Positions 49,793 through 59,608 of a DNA stretch of 64,000 bases are shown here, one piece after another. Origin of the DNA: Candidatus Margulisiibacteriota bacterium (lineage in GTDB: Bacteria; Margulisbacteria; WOR-1; O2-12-FULL-45-9); the NCBI GenBank assembly GCA_043816785.1, contig JBDRHP010000020.1, positions 13,845-77,844 of the forward strand, written 5' to 3'. Both the position numbers and the translations under genes were made by a program. The notes under the pieces are model-generated. The model worked only from the letters and a program-made list of their open reading frames with translations, was not told the origin of the DNA and made no database searches. Every line of letters begins with the position of its first letter. Within the stretch, counting starts at the first letter, position 1.

Positions 49793-49892
49793 TGGTTGCT
49801 CACCTTGTCCTTCTACTATATATATCGTATTGATATGAGGACAACTTGCATGTTTTTGCTTAGAAAAGCCTTTGTTGTGAGGTTATTCAGGG

Positions 49893-49995
49893 ATTGTTTA
49901 AGAAGATCAGATGACCAGATTATCAGAACTGGAATATCAGATTATTGGATTATCAGATACTCTGATTTTCTGATAATCCAGCTCTGGTCTTCCGA
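49893..49995. repeat. Array of at least 4 ATCAGA direct copies and 3 TCTGAT inverted copies, including the inverted pair TTATCAGA..TCTGATAA.
   Basis: gATCAGAtgaccagatTATCAGAactggaaTATCAGAttattggatTATCAGAtacTCTGATtttTCTGATAAtcc...atTCTGATgatc. Confidence 0.5.
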
Positions 49996-50016
49996 TATTC
50001 TGATGATCTTACACGG

Positions 50017-51900
50017 TTAGAATTTTATAAGCTCCTTTAACTGCTTCTTGGCTTCTTCTTTAGCCTTTTCTTTTTCTTCTTCAATTTTCTTTTGGGCCTC
50101 TTGCTCTAGCCGCTGTTTTTCTTCGTCAACCTTCTTTTGTGCGGCCTGCTCAATCTCAACCTTTTTAGCTTCGATCTTCACCTTGAGCTTGCCCACGGCT
50201 TTTTCAAAGGGTTTTTCCAGGATTGGGAAGGGGATCGGCTTCTTTAGGCTGCCTTTAAGCTCAAAAGTTGCCAACAACCAGCCATTATCATCTCGCAGGA
50301 GATCGTATTCTTTTGACAAATCTTTGGTCAGGAGCGGTGAACCTTTAAGGGTCAGGCGATTACCGGAAACATACTTAAGGTTTGCCAGGTCAAGCCCGCC
50401 CTTGAACTCAACATTAATGTCATGGTCCTTAAGCGAGAGGTCCTTTACATCAACCACCTGATCTTTCATGGTAAACGCGGCTGACAGCTCAGAGATCTTC
50501 AGGTCCTGCTTGAGGGCTGCCAGCTTGAGCTTATCCGCGATCGCATCGACCGTTTTTAGGCGCTTCAATTCTCCGTCTTTTAGGGAGAGCGAGCCTGAGG
50601 CTACAGCATTGGCCATAATGTCTGGTACTTCAACGCCCTGGCCTGTCAATTTTAATGACAGATCAAGATTGCCGTAAACCTTATCTAAAAGATCTTTATA
50701 GTCAGACAATTTGGTCAGGAAGGTAGAAACCACGGCGTTTGAAAAAGGGGCGGCGTTAAATCCGGAAACCTTAAGGTTCGCATTGTAGCCCAGGCCGGAG
50801 GCGCGCAAGTCTAGGTTGGCGGCGCCGGAGACTGTTCCATCATATATCTTAATTTCTCGAATGTCAACGGCAAATTGTTTGTTAAGCAAAGCCAAGCCAA
50901 GCTTAGCTTTGTCGACTTGAAAATTGAGTAAGGTGAGCTGGCCGATGTCGATTGTGCCTTGAACCCTTAGTTTGGCCGGGAGACTGGCCATGATCTTGTT
51001 TATGGTTTTTGTCAATTCGCCGCGCACAGCTTTCTTTTTTGCTTTCGGCGCCGTTGCCCCGGCGGTAAAAACCGCCAGCAGGGGATCGATCTCCAGCTTG
51101 TTAGAAGAGATCGAGAAATCAATCCAGGGGCCAGTCTTAAGGTTGGAAACTTTGGCTGAGATATCAGCTTTTTCCCCGGCTATTCCAAGGGCCAGGGAGG
51201 GGATGTTGTACACGCCGCCCTTTAGATCGATCCCGACCTTGCCGGCTAAAGATAGGGGAATATCCTTTCCTTTATAGTTTGCAGTAGCGGAAAACTTAAG
51301 GGCAATCGGTTTTAGCGTGGCTAGCGTAAAACCAGAAATGGTCAAATCGCCATTTTTAAGCTCTGTGCTGGTGTTGGTGCCGTAATCAACGTAAGTGATC
51401 TTGCCGTCCCTGATTGAAAAGGTATCGATGATCATAGAGAAATCGGTTGTCTTTTTTGCCGTGCTCGGGGCTTTGTGTTCTGTGCTCTGTGTTCTTGGTT
51501 TCACCATATCGGAAAAGTTGAATACCCCAGCTGCACTCTTTTCAATCAGAATTTCAGGCTTTACTAACCGGATCTCTTTAATGATGATTTGTCTCTTAAA
51601 GATCGGCCAGAAGGCATAACGTAAAGCTATGGCGTCGGCTGAAACAAAGGGTTTTTTAGCAAAGCCTTGGCGATTGCTGATGGAGAGGCCTTCCAGCTTA
51701 ATGCCCGAGAAGATGTCAAATGAGACTTTTTCTATCTTAACCTCACGGTGGATGATTTCTGATATTTTGGCTACGGCTATATCTTTAACTTTTTCTAAGG
51801 GAATAATAAAGGGCAGGGCGACAACTCCGATTATTAAGACGACCAGCAATGTTCCAACAATAATAGCAGACCATTTTAGAATTTTTTTCATAAAGACCAC
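50017..51900 (-). CDS. AsmA-family outer-membrane assembly protein.
   Basis: N-terminal TM anchor, a long beta-rich region, and a C-terminal Lys/Glu coiled coil. Confidence 0.6.
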   Translation of the reverse strand: MVFMKKILKWSAIIVGTLLVVLIIGVVALPFIIPLEKVKDIAVAKISEIIHREVKIEKVSFDIFSGIKLEGLSISNRQGFAKKPFVSADAIALRYAFWPIFKRQIIIKEIRLVKPEILIEKSAAGVFNFSDMVKPRTQSTEHKAPSTAKKTTDFSMIIDTFSIRDGKITYVDYGTNTSTELKNGDLTISGFTLATLKPIALKFSATANYKGKDIPLSLAGKVGIDLKGGVYNIPSLALGIAGEKADISAKVSNLKTGPWIDFSISSNKLEIDPLLAVFTAGATAPKAKKKAVRGELTKTINKIMASLPAKLRVQGTIDIGQLTLLNFQVDKAKLGLALLNKQFAVDIREIKIYDGTVSGAANLDLRASGLGYNANLKVSGFNAAPFSNAVVSTFLTKLSDYKDLLDKVYGNLDLSLKLTGQGVEVPDIMANAVASGSLSLKDGELKRLKTVDAIADKLKLAALKQDLKISELSAAFTMKDQVVDVKDLSLKDHDINVEFKGGLDLANLKYVSGNRLTLKGSPLLTKDLSKEYDLLRDDNGWLLATFELKGSLKKPIPFPILEKPFEKAVGKLKVKIEAKKVEIEQAAQKKVDEEKQRLEQEAQKKIEEEKEKAKEEAKKQLKELIKF

Positions 51901-51949
51901 CTCTGGAACATATTATATCATGCCGAAAATGTTATAATAAGCGCAACAT

Positions 51950-53952
51950 GTTGCGCCCAGCAAAGCTACAACAGGCTTGTGGAAAAAAAACCATCAAGGT
52001 AAGTGCCGAGACGCCTTGTAGCTGACTCCACTTTAGCAGAGAAATCTGCTGGAGCAGAGCGGAGTGACAAACTTTCAATCTGATGGATAACTCCAACAGA
52101 ATTGGAAAGTGCGAAATTGCAGCCCGTAGCATAAAGCGAACTCTGCAGCCTCGTAACATTATTAGCCGAAAGGCAGAGAAGGCCGAGCAGGTCATGGCGA
52201 GCGAAGGCAATAACTGTATGAGCGATCCCGATGTAAAGTTGGGATAAACTCGGACAAATAATCTCATACAGGACTTCTCCGGGGTATGGGAGATGGGATG
52301 TAATTAAAGTGTGTTGTAGAACTGGGGAGACCCTACTTGGTCGCTCTTAAGTGGGTAGGCTTTCTCAATAAGTGAAAAAAAACACGAAATGGGAAAGAGC
52401 CAAGAGGGAGTCCGATGAGGGCATAGTACTTAGGAAGATAAGGACAACAAAACCTTATTGAGGGAAGGCTCTCAACTTGAATCAGGTTTTCAAAGGAGGT
52501 AAGTGCGAGGGAATGTCAGAGACTAAATACCCAAAAGATAAAGTACGAGAACTCCAGAGAAAGCTATGGGGTAGCGCAAAGAAGAGCAAGACGAGGAGAT
52601 TCCATGCGTTGTACGATAAAATATATCGGATGGACGTGTTAAGAGAGGCATGGAGGAGGGTAAGAAGCAGGCATGGAGTCGGAGGGATAGATGGGGAGAC
52701 CATCGAGGAGATAGAAGCCAGAGGGGTCGAGCCTTTTCTGATGGAGATACATAACCAATTAAGAGAAGGCCGCTATCATCCAGTTGCGGTGAGGAGAGTA
52801 AATATTCCGAAGCCGAATGGAAAGAATCGCCCACTGGGGATACCGACTATACGAGACCGAGTGGTGCAGATGGCAGTAAAGATATTGATAGAACCAATCT
52901 TCGAAGCAGAATTCCTTGGGTGTTCATATGGATTTAGACCCAAGAGAAATGCGATAGAGGCATTGGAGCGAATAAGAGAAACTGCCAACCAAGGCTACAA
53001 CTGGGTGTTGGATGTGGATATAAAGAGTTACTTTGATAATATACAGCACTCGAAGTTGATAGAGAAGGTAAGCCAACGGATATCGGATAGGCGGGTTATC
53101 AAGCTCATAAGGAAATGGTTGGAGAGTGGCGTGATGGTGGAAGGGAGATATGAGAAAACGATGGTGGGCACACCACAAGGTGGGGTAATCAGTCCGTTAT
53201 TATCAAACATCTACCTGCACTATTTGGATGAAATGTGGGAGAGGAAATATTCCACATTAGGAATCATTACTCGCTATGCCGATGACTTCATAATCCAAAG
53301 TAAGAAATGGGGACAAATGAGGGAAGGCAAAGCTAGAGTAAAAGAAATACTCAAAGACCTGGACTTAGAGCTAGAACCAGACAAGAGCCAAGAGATAAAT
53401 CTAGGGATGGGGAAGCAGGGTTTTAAATTTCTGGGACATTATCTAAAGAAATGCCATTCGATAAAATATCCTGGGCATTATTTCTTAAACCGATGGCCAT
53501 CGAAAGAAAGTATGGCAAAGGTAAGAGCCAAGATAAGAAGGATAATTTCACATCGCAGGATGAAAATAAAGAATGTGTATGAAATGATCCCAGAGCTAAA
53601 TCGAATACTTCGAGGATGGAGCAATTACTTCAAGAGTGGAAATGCCGCGCGTAAGTTTCTACAAATTGAAAAGTATGTGTGGCAACGATTGATAATATTC
53701 CAGAATCGAAGGAGAGCAACAAAGCGTCCTCATAAACAAAGATGTTATACTTATGATTGGTTTCAAAATCTGGGGATATATCGACTAATGGGGCAAATCC
53801 AATATCCCAAGCTTGCGTATTCGAAGGCCTAATCAAGAAGATTCTCGGTAAGCCGTGTGATTCGAAAAGGTCACGCACGGAATTGAAAGGGGGGAAATGG
53901 AAACAGGACTTGTGCTAACATTTAATACGGTGTAAGCACCTGCGCCTTTTCT
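51950..53952 (+). mobile_element. Group II intron of about 2.0 kb with an intact intron-encoded protein.
   Basis: The 5' end GTTGCGCCCAGCAAAGC resembles the canonical GUGCGCCCAG intron start. Domain V lies at about 53851-53887 (AAGCCGTGTGAT..TCACGCACGGAAT, with the AGC triad). A domain VI-like hairpin sits at about 53917-53947. The RT/maturase ORF is in domain IV. Boundaries are about +/-10 nt. Confidence 0.75.
52477..53832 (+). CDS. Group II intron reverse transcriptase/maturase.
   Basis: RT domains 0-7 with the YADD motif (ITRYADDFII) plus a maturase X domain; no obvious En domain. Confidence 0.9.
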   Translation: MNQVFKGGKCEGMSETKYPKDKVRELQRKLWGSAKKSKTRRFHALYDKIYRMDVLREAWRRVRSRHGVGGIDGETIEEIEARGVEPFLMEIHNQLREGRYHPVAVRRVNIPKPNGKNRPLGIPTIRDRVVQMAVKILIEPIFEAEFLGCSYGFRPKRNAIEALERIRETANQGYNWVLDVDIKSYFDNIQHSKLIEKVSQRISDRRVIKLIRKWLESGVMVEGRYEKTMVGTPQGGVISPLLSNIYLHYLDEMWERKYSTLGIITRYADDFIIQSKKWGQMREGKARVKEILKDLDLELEPDKSQEINLGMGKQGFKFLGHYLKKCHSIKYPGHYFLNRWPSKESMAKVRAKIRRIISHRRMKIKNVYEMIPELNRILRGWSNYFKSGNAARKFLQIEKYVWQRLIIFQNRRRATKRPHKQRCYTYDWFQNLGIYRLMGQIQYPKLAYSKA

Positions 53953-53958
53953 CTACCA

Positions 53959-54390
53959 ATGATTGGGATCGAGCCGATGAAAAATGAAGATTTGGCCCAA
54001 GTCGTGGCGATTGAACGGCTTTCCTTTGCTGCGCCCAAGGATGAAGCGGTCTTTCGGCATGATGAGATAAAATATCTGGTGGCGAATGAAAATGATAAAG
54101 TTGTTGGCTACATTGGTTTTGAGAAGATAGCTGGGGAGATCCACATTATTAATATGGCGGTCCATCCTGATCATCGAGGTAAGGGCATTGGTAAAAAGCT
54201 TATGGAGGAGGCTTTAATTTCGAAAGAGGTTGTTTTTCTGGAAGTCAGAGTTTCCAACTTGCCGGCCCAAAAGATCTACGAACATTTCGGATTTAAAAAG
54301 GTCGGAATGCGTAAAGGATATTATCAGGACAACGGGGAAGATGCCATTCTCATGAGAAGAGAACCGAAGGGGCAAGTGACTAATGACTAA
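53959..54390 (+). CDS. rimI: GNAT N-acetyltransferase, RimI-like.
   Basis: GNAT motif A region HRGKGIGKKLM. Confidence 0.75.
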   Translation: MIGIEPMKNEDLAQVVAIERLSFAAPKDEAVFRHDEIKYLVANENDKVVGYIGFEKIAGEIHIINMAVHPDHRGKGIGKKLMEEALISKEVVFLEVRVSNLPAQKIYEHFGFKKVGMRKGYYQDNGEDAILMRREPKGQVTND

Positions 54391-54437
54391 TTTTTTAATG
54401 ACGAATGAATGTGTGCCTTCGGCATGTTATTTAAAAC

Positions 54438-54791
54438 ATGGAAATTCAAAACAGAACACTTAAGTTTGCAATAAGATCAGCAAAATTTGTCAAAATAATA
54501 TCAAGAGATTTATGTTTTGATGTTTTAATTAAGCAGTTGCTGAGAAGTTCTACTTCTATTGGCGCAAATATGAGGGAAGCTGATTCAGCCAGTTCCAAAA
54601 AAGATTTTGCACATAAGGTGAATATTTCAAAAAAAGAAGCGCAAGAAACAGAATATTGGTTGGAGATATTAAAAGATGCGGAATTTGTAAAAAATGATGA
54701 TAATAAAAAGGAATTAAAAGAATTGTTGGTTGAATGCAGAGAAATTATTAAAGTTTTGGCTGCAATAATTCACAAAGCCAAGGCAAATTAG
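54438..54791 (+). CDS. Four-helix-bundle protein of the 23S rRNA intervening-sequence protein family.
   Basis: 117 aa; the IGANMREA and EYWLEIL motifs are typical of this family. The gene is AT-rich. Confidence 0.7.
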   Translation: MEIQNRTLKFAIRSAKFVKIISRDLCFDVLIKQLLRSSTSIGANMREADSASSKKDFAHKVNISKKEAQETEYWLEILKDAEFVKNDDNKKELKELLVECREIIKVLAAIIHKAKAN

Positions 54792-54853
54792 GTTAAAATG
54801 AATAAAGCGAACGAAGTGAGCAATCATTAGAATGAGAAATCAACTGAGTAAGG

Positions 54854-57292
54854 ATGAATAAATTTTTAGAAGAACTAAATAAACGAATACTGGTCATGGA
54901 TGGCGCCATGGGGACCCAGTTGATGGACGGCGGCGTGCGGCCGGAGGATTGTTTTGACGCGCAAAATATAAAAAATCCAAAATTAGTTGAGTCGATCCAT
55001 AAAGCCTACGTTGCTGCTGGCGCGGATATTATTGAGACCAATACTTTTGGGGCCAATCAGATCAAACTGACGGACTATAAACTTGATAAACAGGTCAGGG
55101 AAATAAACCTGGAAGCTGCCAAAATTGCCCGAAAGGCAATAGGCCAAAAAGGCTTTGTCTGTGGCTCTATTGGTCCTTTGGGCAAGATGATCGATCCTCT
55201 GGGAGAAGTCACTTTTGATCAGGCATGCCAGGCCTTTGCTGAACAGGCGAAGGCTTTGGAGGACGGTGGCGTTGATGTCATTAGTGTAGAAACCATTTCC
55301 GACCTTCAGGAAATGCGGGCGGCAGTCATTGCTGTTAAGAATGAGACAAAATTACCCCTGATCGCCAGTTTGACCTATGATGACGGAGAAAAAACTATCT
55401 ATGGCACCTCGGCTGAGGTAGCAGTGGTCGTGTTGGAGGCTCTGGGCGTAGATGTGATCGCGGCCAATTGTTCTATTGGTCCAGAAGGTATGTTAAAGGT
55501 AGTCAAAGCATTCCAGACCATGAGCAGCCTGCCAGTTATGGTAATGCCAAATGCCGGGATGCCCGAATTGGTTGGCAACAAAGCGGTCTATAAAATGACT
55601 CCCAAGAAGTTTGGGTGGTTTGCTGCCAAATTTGCCAAGCTTGGGGTCAGGATAATTGGCGGGTGTTGCGGGACCGGGCCGGAACATATACGGGCTGTAA
55701 AAAAGTCATTGAAACCTGAGACTAAACGTCTCGGTTTCAATGACACGGAACCGCGACGTTCAGTCGCAGGTTCCGTCTGTTTCGCCAGCAGGACAAGAGT
55801 TGTTGTGGTAGAGGAAAGCAAGCCTTTGCTGGTAGGAGAGAGGATCAATCCAACTGGTAGGAAGGCGTTGCAGGAAGAGATCAAGACAGGCAAGGTCCAA
55901 ATAATCAGGGCTGATGCTGCTTCGCAGACCAAGGCGGGAGTTGATCTGCTGGATGTGAACATTTCAGTGCCTGAGATCCATGAAGCAGAGGTCATGCATT
56001 CAGTTGTAAAATTTGTGCAGTCAATTTCTGACTGTCCATTTTCAATTGACAGCCCCAGCGCGCACTCGCTTGAAGCAGGGTTAAAGACTTTTTGCGGCCG
56101 GGCGCTGCTCAATTCTGTGAATGGCAAGAAAGAAAGCTTGGAAAAAATGCTTCCCTTGGCCAGAAAATACGGCGCAGCGGTAATTGCATTGCTGCTGGAT
56201 GAACACGGGATCCCTAAATCTGCCACTGATCGTTTGAGGATCGCGGAAAGGATTGTTCGCGCTGCCCATGAAGTTGGCATTGATTCCAAAGATATTTTTG
56301 TTGATAATTTAGTGATGACAGCTGCGATCGGGGTATCCGAAGCTCTGGAAACATTGAAAGCTATTCCCATGATCAAGGAGAAATTGGGGGTTAAGACCAT
56401 CCTGGGCATTAGCAATGTTTCTCATGGTTTGCCTAATCGCGCTAAGCTCAATGCCCTTTATTTGCGGTTAGCGATTTCCTTTGGGTTGGACGCGGCGATT
56501 GTTGATCCCACTGATCCCGAGATAAAAAAAGCTCTGGAGGCTAAACCAATGTCCCGCGAGAAATTGCTGCGTAGTTTTAAAGAAGAGGTTGCTGCAGCTA
56601 AGCGCTCAGGCAAGCCGGCGGAAAAGAAAAAAGAAACCGAGTTAAAAGTCTTGAAGTTCAAAAGTTTTCAGGATATTAAAGCAGCTGTGATTGACGGGGA
56701 CCTTGATTTAGTTGTGCTTTTTGTTGAGCAGGCGCTGGCTAAGGGTAGGGATCCTCAGAAAATTATTGACCAGGGTTTAGTCCCGGGGATGGAAGTCGTG
56801 GGCAGGAAATTTAATCGTAAAGAATTTTTTCTGCCTCAGGTAATTGAATCAGCTGAAGCCATGGGAAAAGGCTTTGAGTTGTGTAAGGCAAAAATCCCCC
56901 AAGGGAAAATAAAGTCGCTCGGGAAAGTCCTTTTAGCAACTGTTAAAGGCGATATCCATGACATTGGCAAAAATATTGTTAAAATGCTCCTGGAAAACAA
57001 TGGTTTTACTGTGATTGACTTGGGCAAGGATGTTCCTCCTGAGAAAATTGTCGAGGCAGCTAAAAAAGAAAAGCCCGACGTTATTGCTCTTTCTGCTTTG
57101 TTGACCACTACAATGGTTGAGATGGGAATAGTTGAGGCTGAGTTAAAGAAGGCGAAATTAGCTGTTCCTCTCTTGGTTGGTGGAGCGGTTGTAACAAAAG
57201 GATATGCCGATCGAATCGGTGCTTATTATGGAATGGATGCGGTCGGTGCCGTGTCGCTGTCTAAAAAAATAATGAAAGCCGCTGCAAAATAA
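54854..57292 (+). CDS. metH: Cobalamin-dependent methionine synthase, short form: Hcy-binding, pterin-binding and B12-binding domains with no reactivation domain.
   Basis: Hcy S-methyltransferase N-terminus, a pterin-binding barrel, and a B12 DxHxxG motif (GDIHDIGKNIV); the protein ends about 400 aa short of full-length MetH. Confidence 0.85.
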   Translation: MNKFLEELNKRILVMDGAMGTQLMDGGVRPEDCFDAQNIKNPKLVESIHKAYVAAGADIIETNTFGANQIKLTDYKLDKQVREINLEAAKIARKAIGQKGFVCGSIGPLGKMIDPLGEVTFDQACQAFAEQAKALEDGGVDVISVETISDLQEMRAAVIAVKNETKLPLIASLTYDDGEKTIYGTSAEVAVVVLEALGVDVIAANCSIGPEGMLKVVKAFQTMSSLPVMVMPNAGMPELVGNKAVYKMTPKKFGWFAAKFAKLGVRIIGGCCGTGPEHIRAVKKSLKPETKRLGFNDTEPRRSVAGSVCFASRTRVVVVEESKPLLVGERINPTGRKALQEEIKTGKVQIIRADAASQTKAGVDLLDVNISVPEIHEAEVMHSVVKFVQSISDCPFSIDSPSAHSLEAGLKTFCGRALLNSVNGKKESLEKMLPLARKYGAAVIALLLDEHGIPKSATDRLRIAERIVRAAHEVGIDSKDIFVDNLVMTAAIGVSEALETLKAIPMIKEKLGVKTILGISNVSHGLPNRAKLNALYLRLAISFGLDAAIVDPTDPEIKKALEAKPMSREKLLRSFKEEVAAAKRSGKPAEKKKETELKVLKFKSFQDIKAAVIDGDLDLVVLFVEQALAKGRDPQKIIDQGLVPGMEVVGRKFNRKEFFLPQVIESAEAMGKGFELCKAKIPQGKIKSLGKVLLATVKGDIHDIGKNIVKMLLENNGFTVIDLGKDVPPEKIVEAAKKEKPDVIALSALLTTTMVEMGIVEAELKKAKLAVPLLVGGAVVTKGYADRIGAYYGMDAVGAVSLSKKIMKAAAK

Positions 57293-57312
57293 GGTATAAT
57301 TGACCTCTTATT

Positions 57313-58254
57313 ATGTATAGACCTGAAATTAAAGTATTAGATTGCACTCTGCGGGACGGCGGCTTGATCAATGACCACTGCTTTGATGAAAGTTTTGTCA
57401 GGGCGATTTTTCAAGCTACAGCTGCGGCTGGCATTGATTATGTCGAGCTAGGTTACCGCGCTTCAAAAAAGTCTTTTTCCCCAGATAAATACGGCGAGTG
57501 CAAATTCTGCGACGAAGATTTTGTGCGCAAGGTTACTGATGGTGTAGACAATAAGCCAAAGATCTCCGTTATGGTTGATATTGGCCGCGTTGACCTGGCT
57601 CAGATCCCTGAGAAAGCAGATAGTGTGGTGGATTTAGTCCGGGTTGCCTGCTATATCAAGGATGTTGATAAGGCGATTGATATGATTAAATTTTTCCACG
57701 ATAAAGGATATGAAACAACCTGCAATATCATGGCTATTTCTACGGCGCTAATCCCGGATGTTGAAGAGGGGTTGGCCCAATTAGCAGAGAGTCCAGTAGG
57801 CACCGTATACGTGGTCGACAGCTTTGGCTCAATGTTTTCTGAACAAGTCCATTTTCTGACCAAATTATATGGTAAGTATTTGTGGCCCAAGAAAAAAGAA
57901 GTTGGCATGCATGCTCATAATAACCAGCAGTTAGGTTTTGCCAATACTATTGAGTCCATTCGTAAGGGAGCAAATTATCTTGATGGTACAATTTTTGGTA
58001 TTGGCCGGGCAGCTGGGAATTGTCCTACTGAGCTACTTCTATCTTTTCTAAAAAACCCAAAATTTAAGCTTGAACCAATCCTGGAAGTAATTGAAAAAGA
58101 ACTGGTGCCTTTGCGCAAAAAAATCGAATGGGGCTATATTATTCCCTATATGATTACTGGGATCCTGAATCAGCATCCCCGGGCTGCTATGGCTCTCCGC
58201 GCCAGTAAAGATAAAGACAAGTTCGCCCAATTTTACCGCGACATACTGATCTAG
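57313..58254 (+). CDS. DRE-TIM metallolyase (HMGL-like/pyruvate carboxyltransferase) family protein.
   Basis: VLDCTLRDGG is an N-terminal TIM-barrel signature. Confidence 0.45.
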   Translation: MYRPEIKVLDCTLRDGGLINDHCFDESFVRAIFQATAAAGIDYVELGYRASKKSFSPDKYGECKFCDEDFVRKVTDGVDNKPKISVMVDIGRVDLAQIPEKADSVVDLVRVACYIKDVDKAIDMIKFFHDKGYETTCNIMAISTALIPDVEEGLAQLAESPVGTVYVVDSFGSMFSEQVHFLTKLYGKYLWPKKKEVGMHAHNNQQLGFANTIESIRKGANYLDGTIFGIGRAAGNCPTELLLSFLKNPKFKLEPILEVIEKELVPLRKKIEWGYIIPYMITGILNQHPRAAMALRASKDKDKFAQFYRDILI

Positions 58255-58264
58255 AATCGGGAGG

Positions 58265-59596
58265 TTGATAATGAAGCGCTTGTTGGTTCTTATTTTACTG
58301 CTGAATTTCTGCTTTGGAATAAGTTCTGCTCAAGAAAAATTAACCCTAGATGAAAGCGTCCAGATTGCGCTTGAAAAAAGCCCCATGATGCTTAAAACCA
58401 GGGCGGAAATCGTTGCGGCTGAAGGAGCGGCTGGCCAGGTTGTGGCTGGGTTTTTGCCCCAGCTTTCAGTGAGCGGCGGGGTAGGCAAATATTATGCTGA
58501 GCCCCAAACTATGATTGTAGATATGACCGGGACAGGTTCACCTGCTGCCATATCTTTTGGCATTGATGAGCAGGCTGACACTTCTTCTTATAAGGCATCA
58601 CTCAACCAGGTGCTTTTCACCGGAGGAAAATTATCAAACAGCCTTGGGATGGCTAACAAGGGATTGGCCATTGCCCGGGAGGAACTTAAGAAAACAAGCG
58701 ATCAAGTTAAATTCGATGTAATTAATGCCTATTATAATGTTTTAAAGGCCACGAAATTGATAGAGCTAAGCGAGCAATCAGTGGCAATGGCGCAAAATCA
58801 TCTTGATCGGGTCAATGCCTTGCTGAAAGTTGGCATGTCAACTAAGGCGGATACTTTGCGGGGTGAAGTTCAACATGCTCAGGCGGAAATAAGCTTAACC
58901 AAAGCAAAGCAAGCTGTAGAAATCGCTAAAAATTATTTTAATAATACCTTAGGAGTGGATTTGGATTCTCCGGTTGAATTGGTAGATGTTGCCTATAAAT
59001 CAAAAGAAATACCAGAGTACAATTATAAAGATCTTTTAAAGATTGCCTATGATGACCGGCCTGATTGGCGACAATATGTGCTGATAAAAGAAATTTCTGA
59101 CGATGAAGTGCGTCTGGCCTATAGCGGACTATGGCCAATGATTTCTTTGGTTGGCAATTATGATATTGGCACAACTAAATACTCTACCTATCAAAGTGAT
59201 GTAAAAAACTGGACAGCGTTGATTTCCGGCTCCTGGAATATTTTTGATGGTACTGCGACCTGGAATAAGATCAAAGAAGCTAAGGCCAAACAAAATGCCC
59301 AGCAGGCAGATGAAACTATCGTCAGGCGGACAGTTGCGCTTGAGGTCAAAGACGCAAATTTTATGCTCAAGAGCGCCAAGGAAAACCTGGCCAGCACGCA
59401 AAAGGCTGTGGAATTGGCCGAAGAAAATTATAAGATTGCTGACCTGCGCTATGATTCTGGCGTAGGCACCAGCCTGGAAGAAATTGATGCCCAGGTTGCC
59501 GTGACCAGGGCGCGGGTTGATCTGGTGCAGTCCCAACATGATTTACAAATTGCTAAAGCTAGAATTAATAAAGTTGTGGGCGCGGAAATCTATTAA
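58265..59596 (+). CDS. TolC-family outer-membrane efflux protein.
   Basis: Signal peptide and two OEP repeats. Confidence 0.8.
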   Translation: MIMKRLLVLILLLNFCFGISSAQEKLTLDESVQIALEKSPMMLKTRAEIVAAEGAAGQVVAGFLPQLSVSGGVGKYYAEPQTMIVDMTGTGSPAAISFGIDEQADTSSYKASLNQVLFTGGKLSNSLGMANKGLAIAREELKKTSDQVKFDVINAYYNVLKATKLIELSEQSVAMAQNHLDRVNALLKVGMSTKADTLRGEVQHAQAEISLTKAKQAVEIAKNYFNNTLGVDLDSPVELVDVAYKSKEIPEYNYKDLLKIAYDDRPDWRQYVLIKEISDDEVRLAYSGLWPMISLVGNYDIGTTKYSTYQSDVKNWTALISGSWNIFDGTATWNKIKEAKAKQNAQQADETIVRRTVALEVKDANFMLKSAKENLASTQKAVELAEENYKIADLRYDSGVGTSLEEIDAQVAVTRARVDLVQSQHDLQIAKARINKVVGAEIY

Positions 59597-59608
59597 AGGA
59601 GGAGACAG

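Noticed and set aside
49893-49995. The TATCAGA repeat array as a possible CRISPR array.
   Set aside because: The units are only 6-8 nt, the spacing is irregular, and inverted copies are present. It is consistent with protein-binding sites, not CRISPR repeats.
51932-52267. A 111-aa minus-strand ORF.
   Set aside because: It lies entirely within group II intron domains I-III, antisense to structured RNA, and has no RBS.
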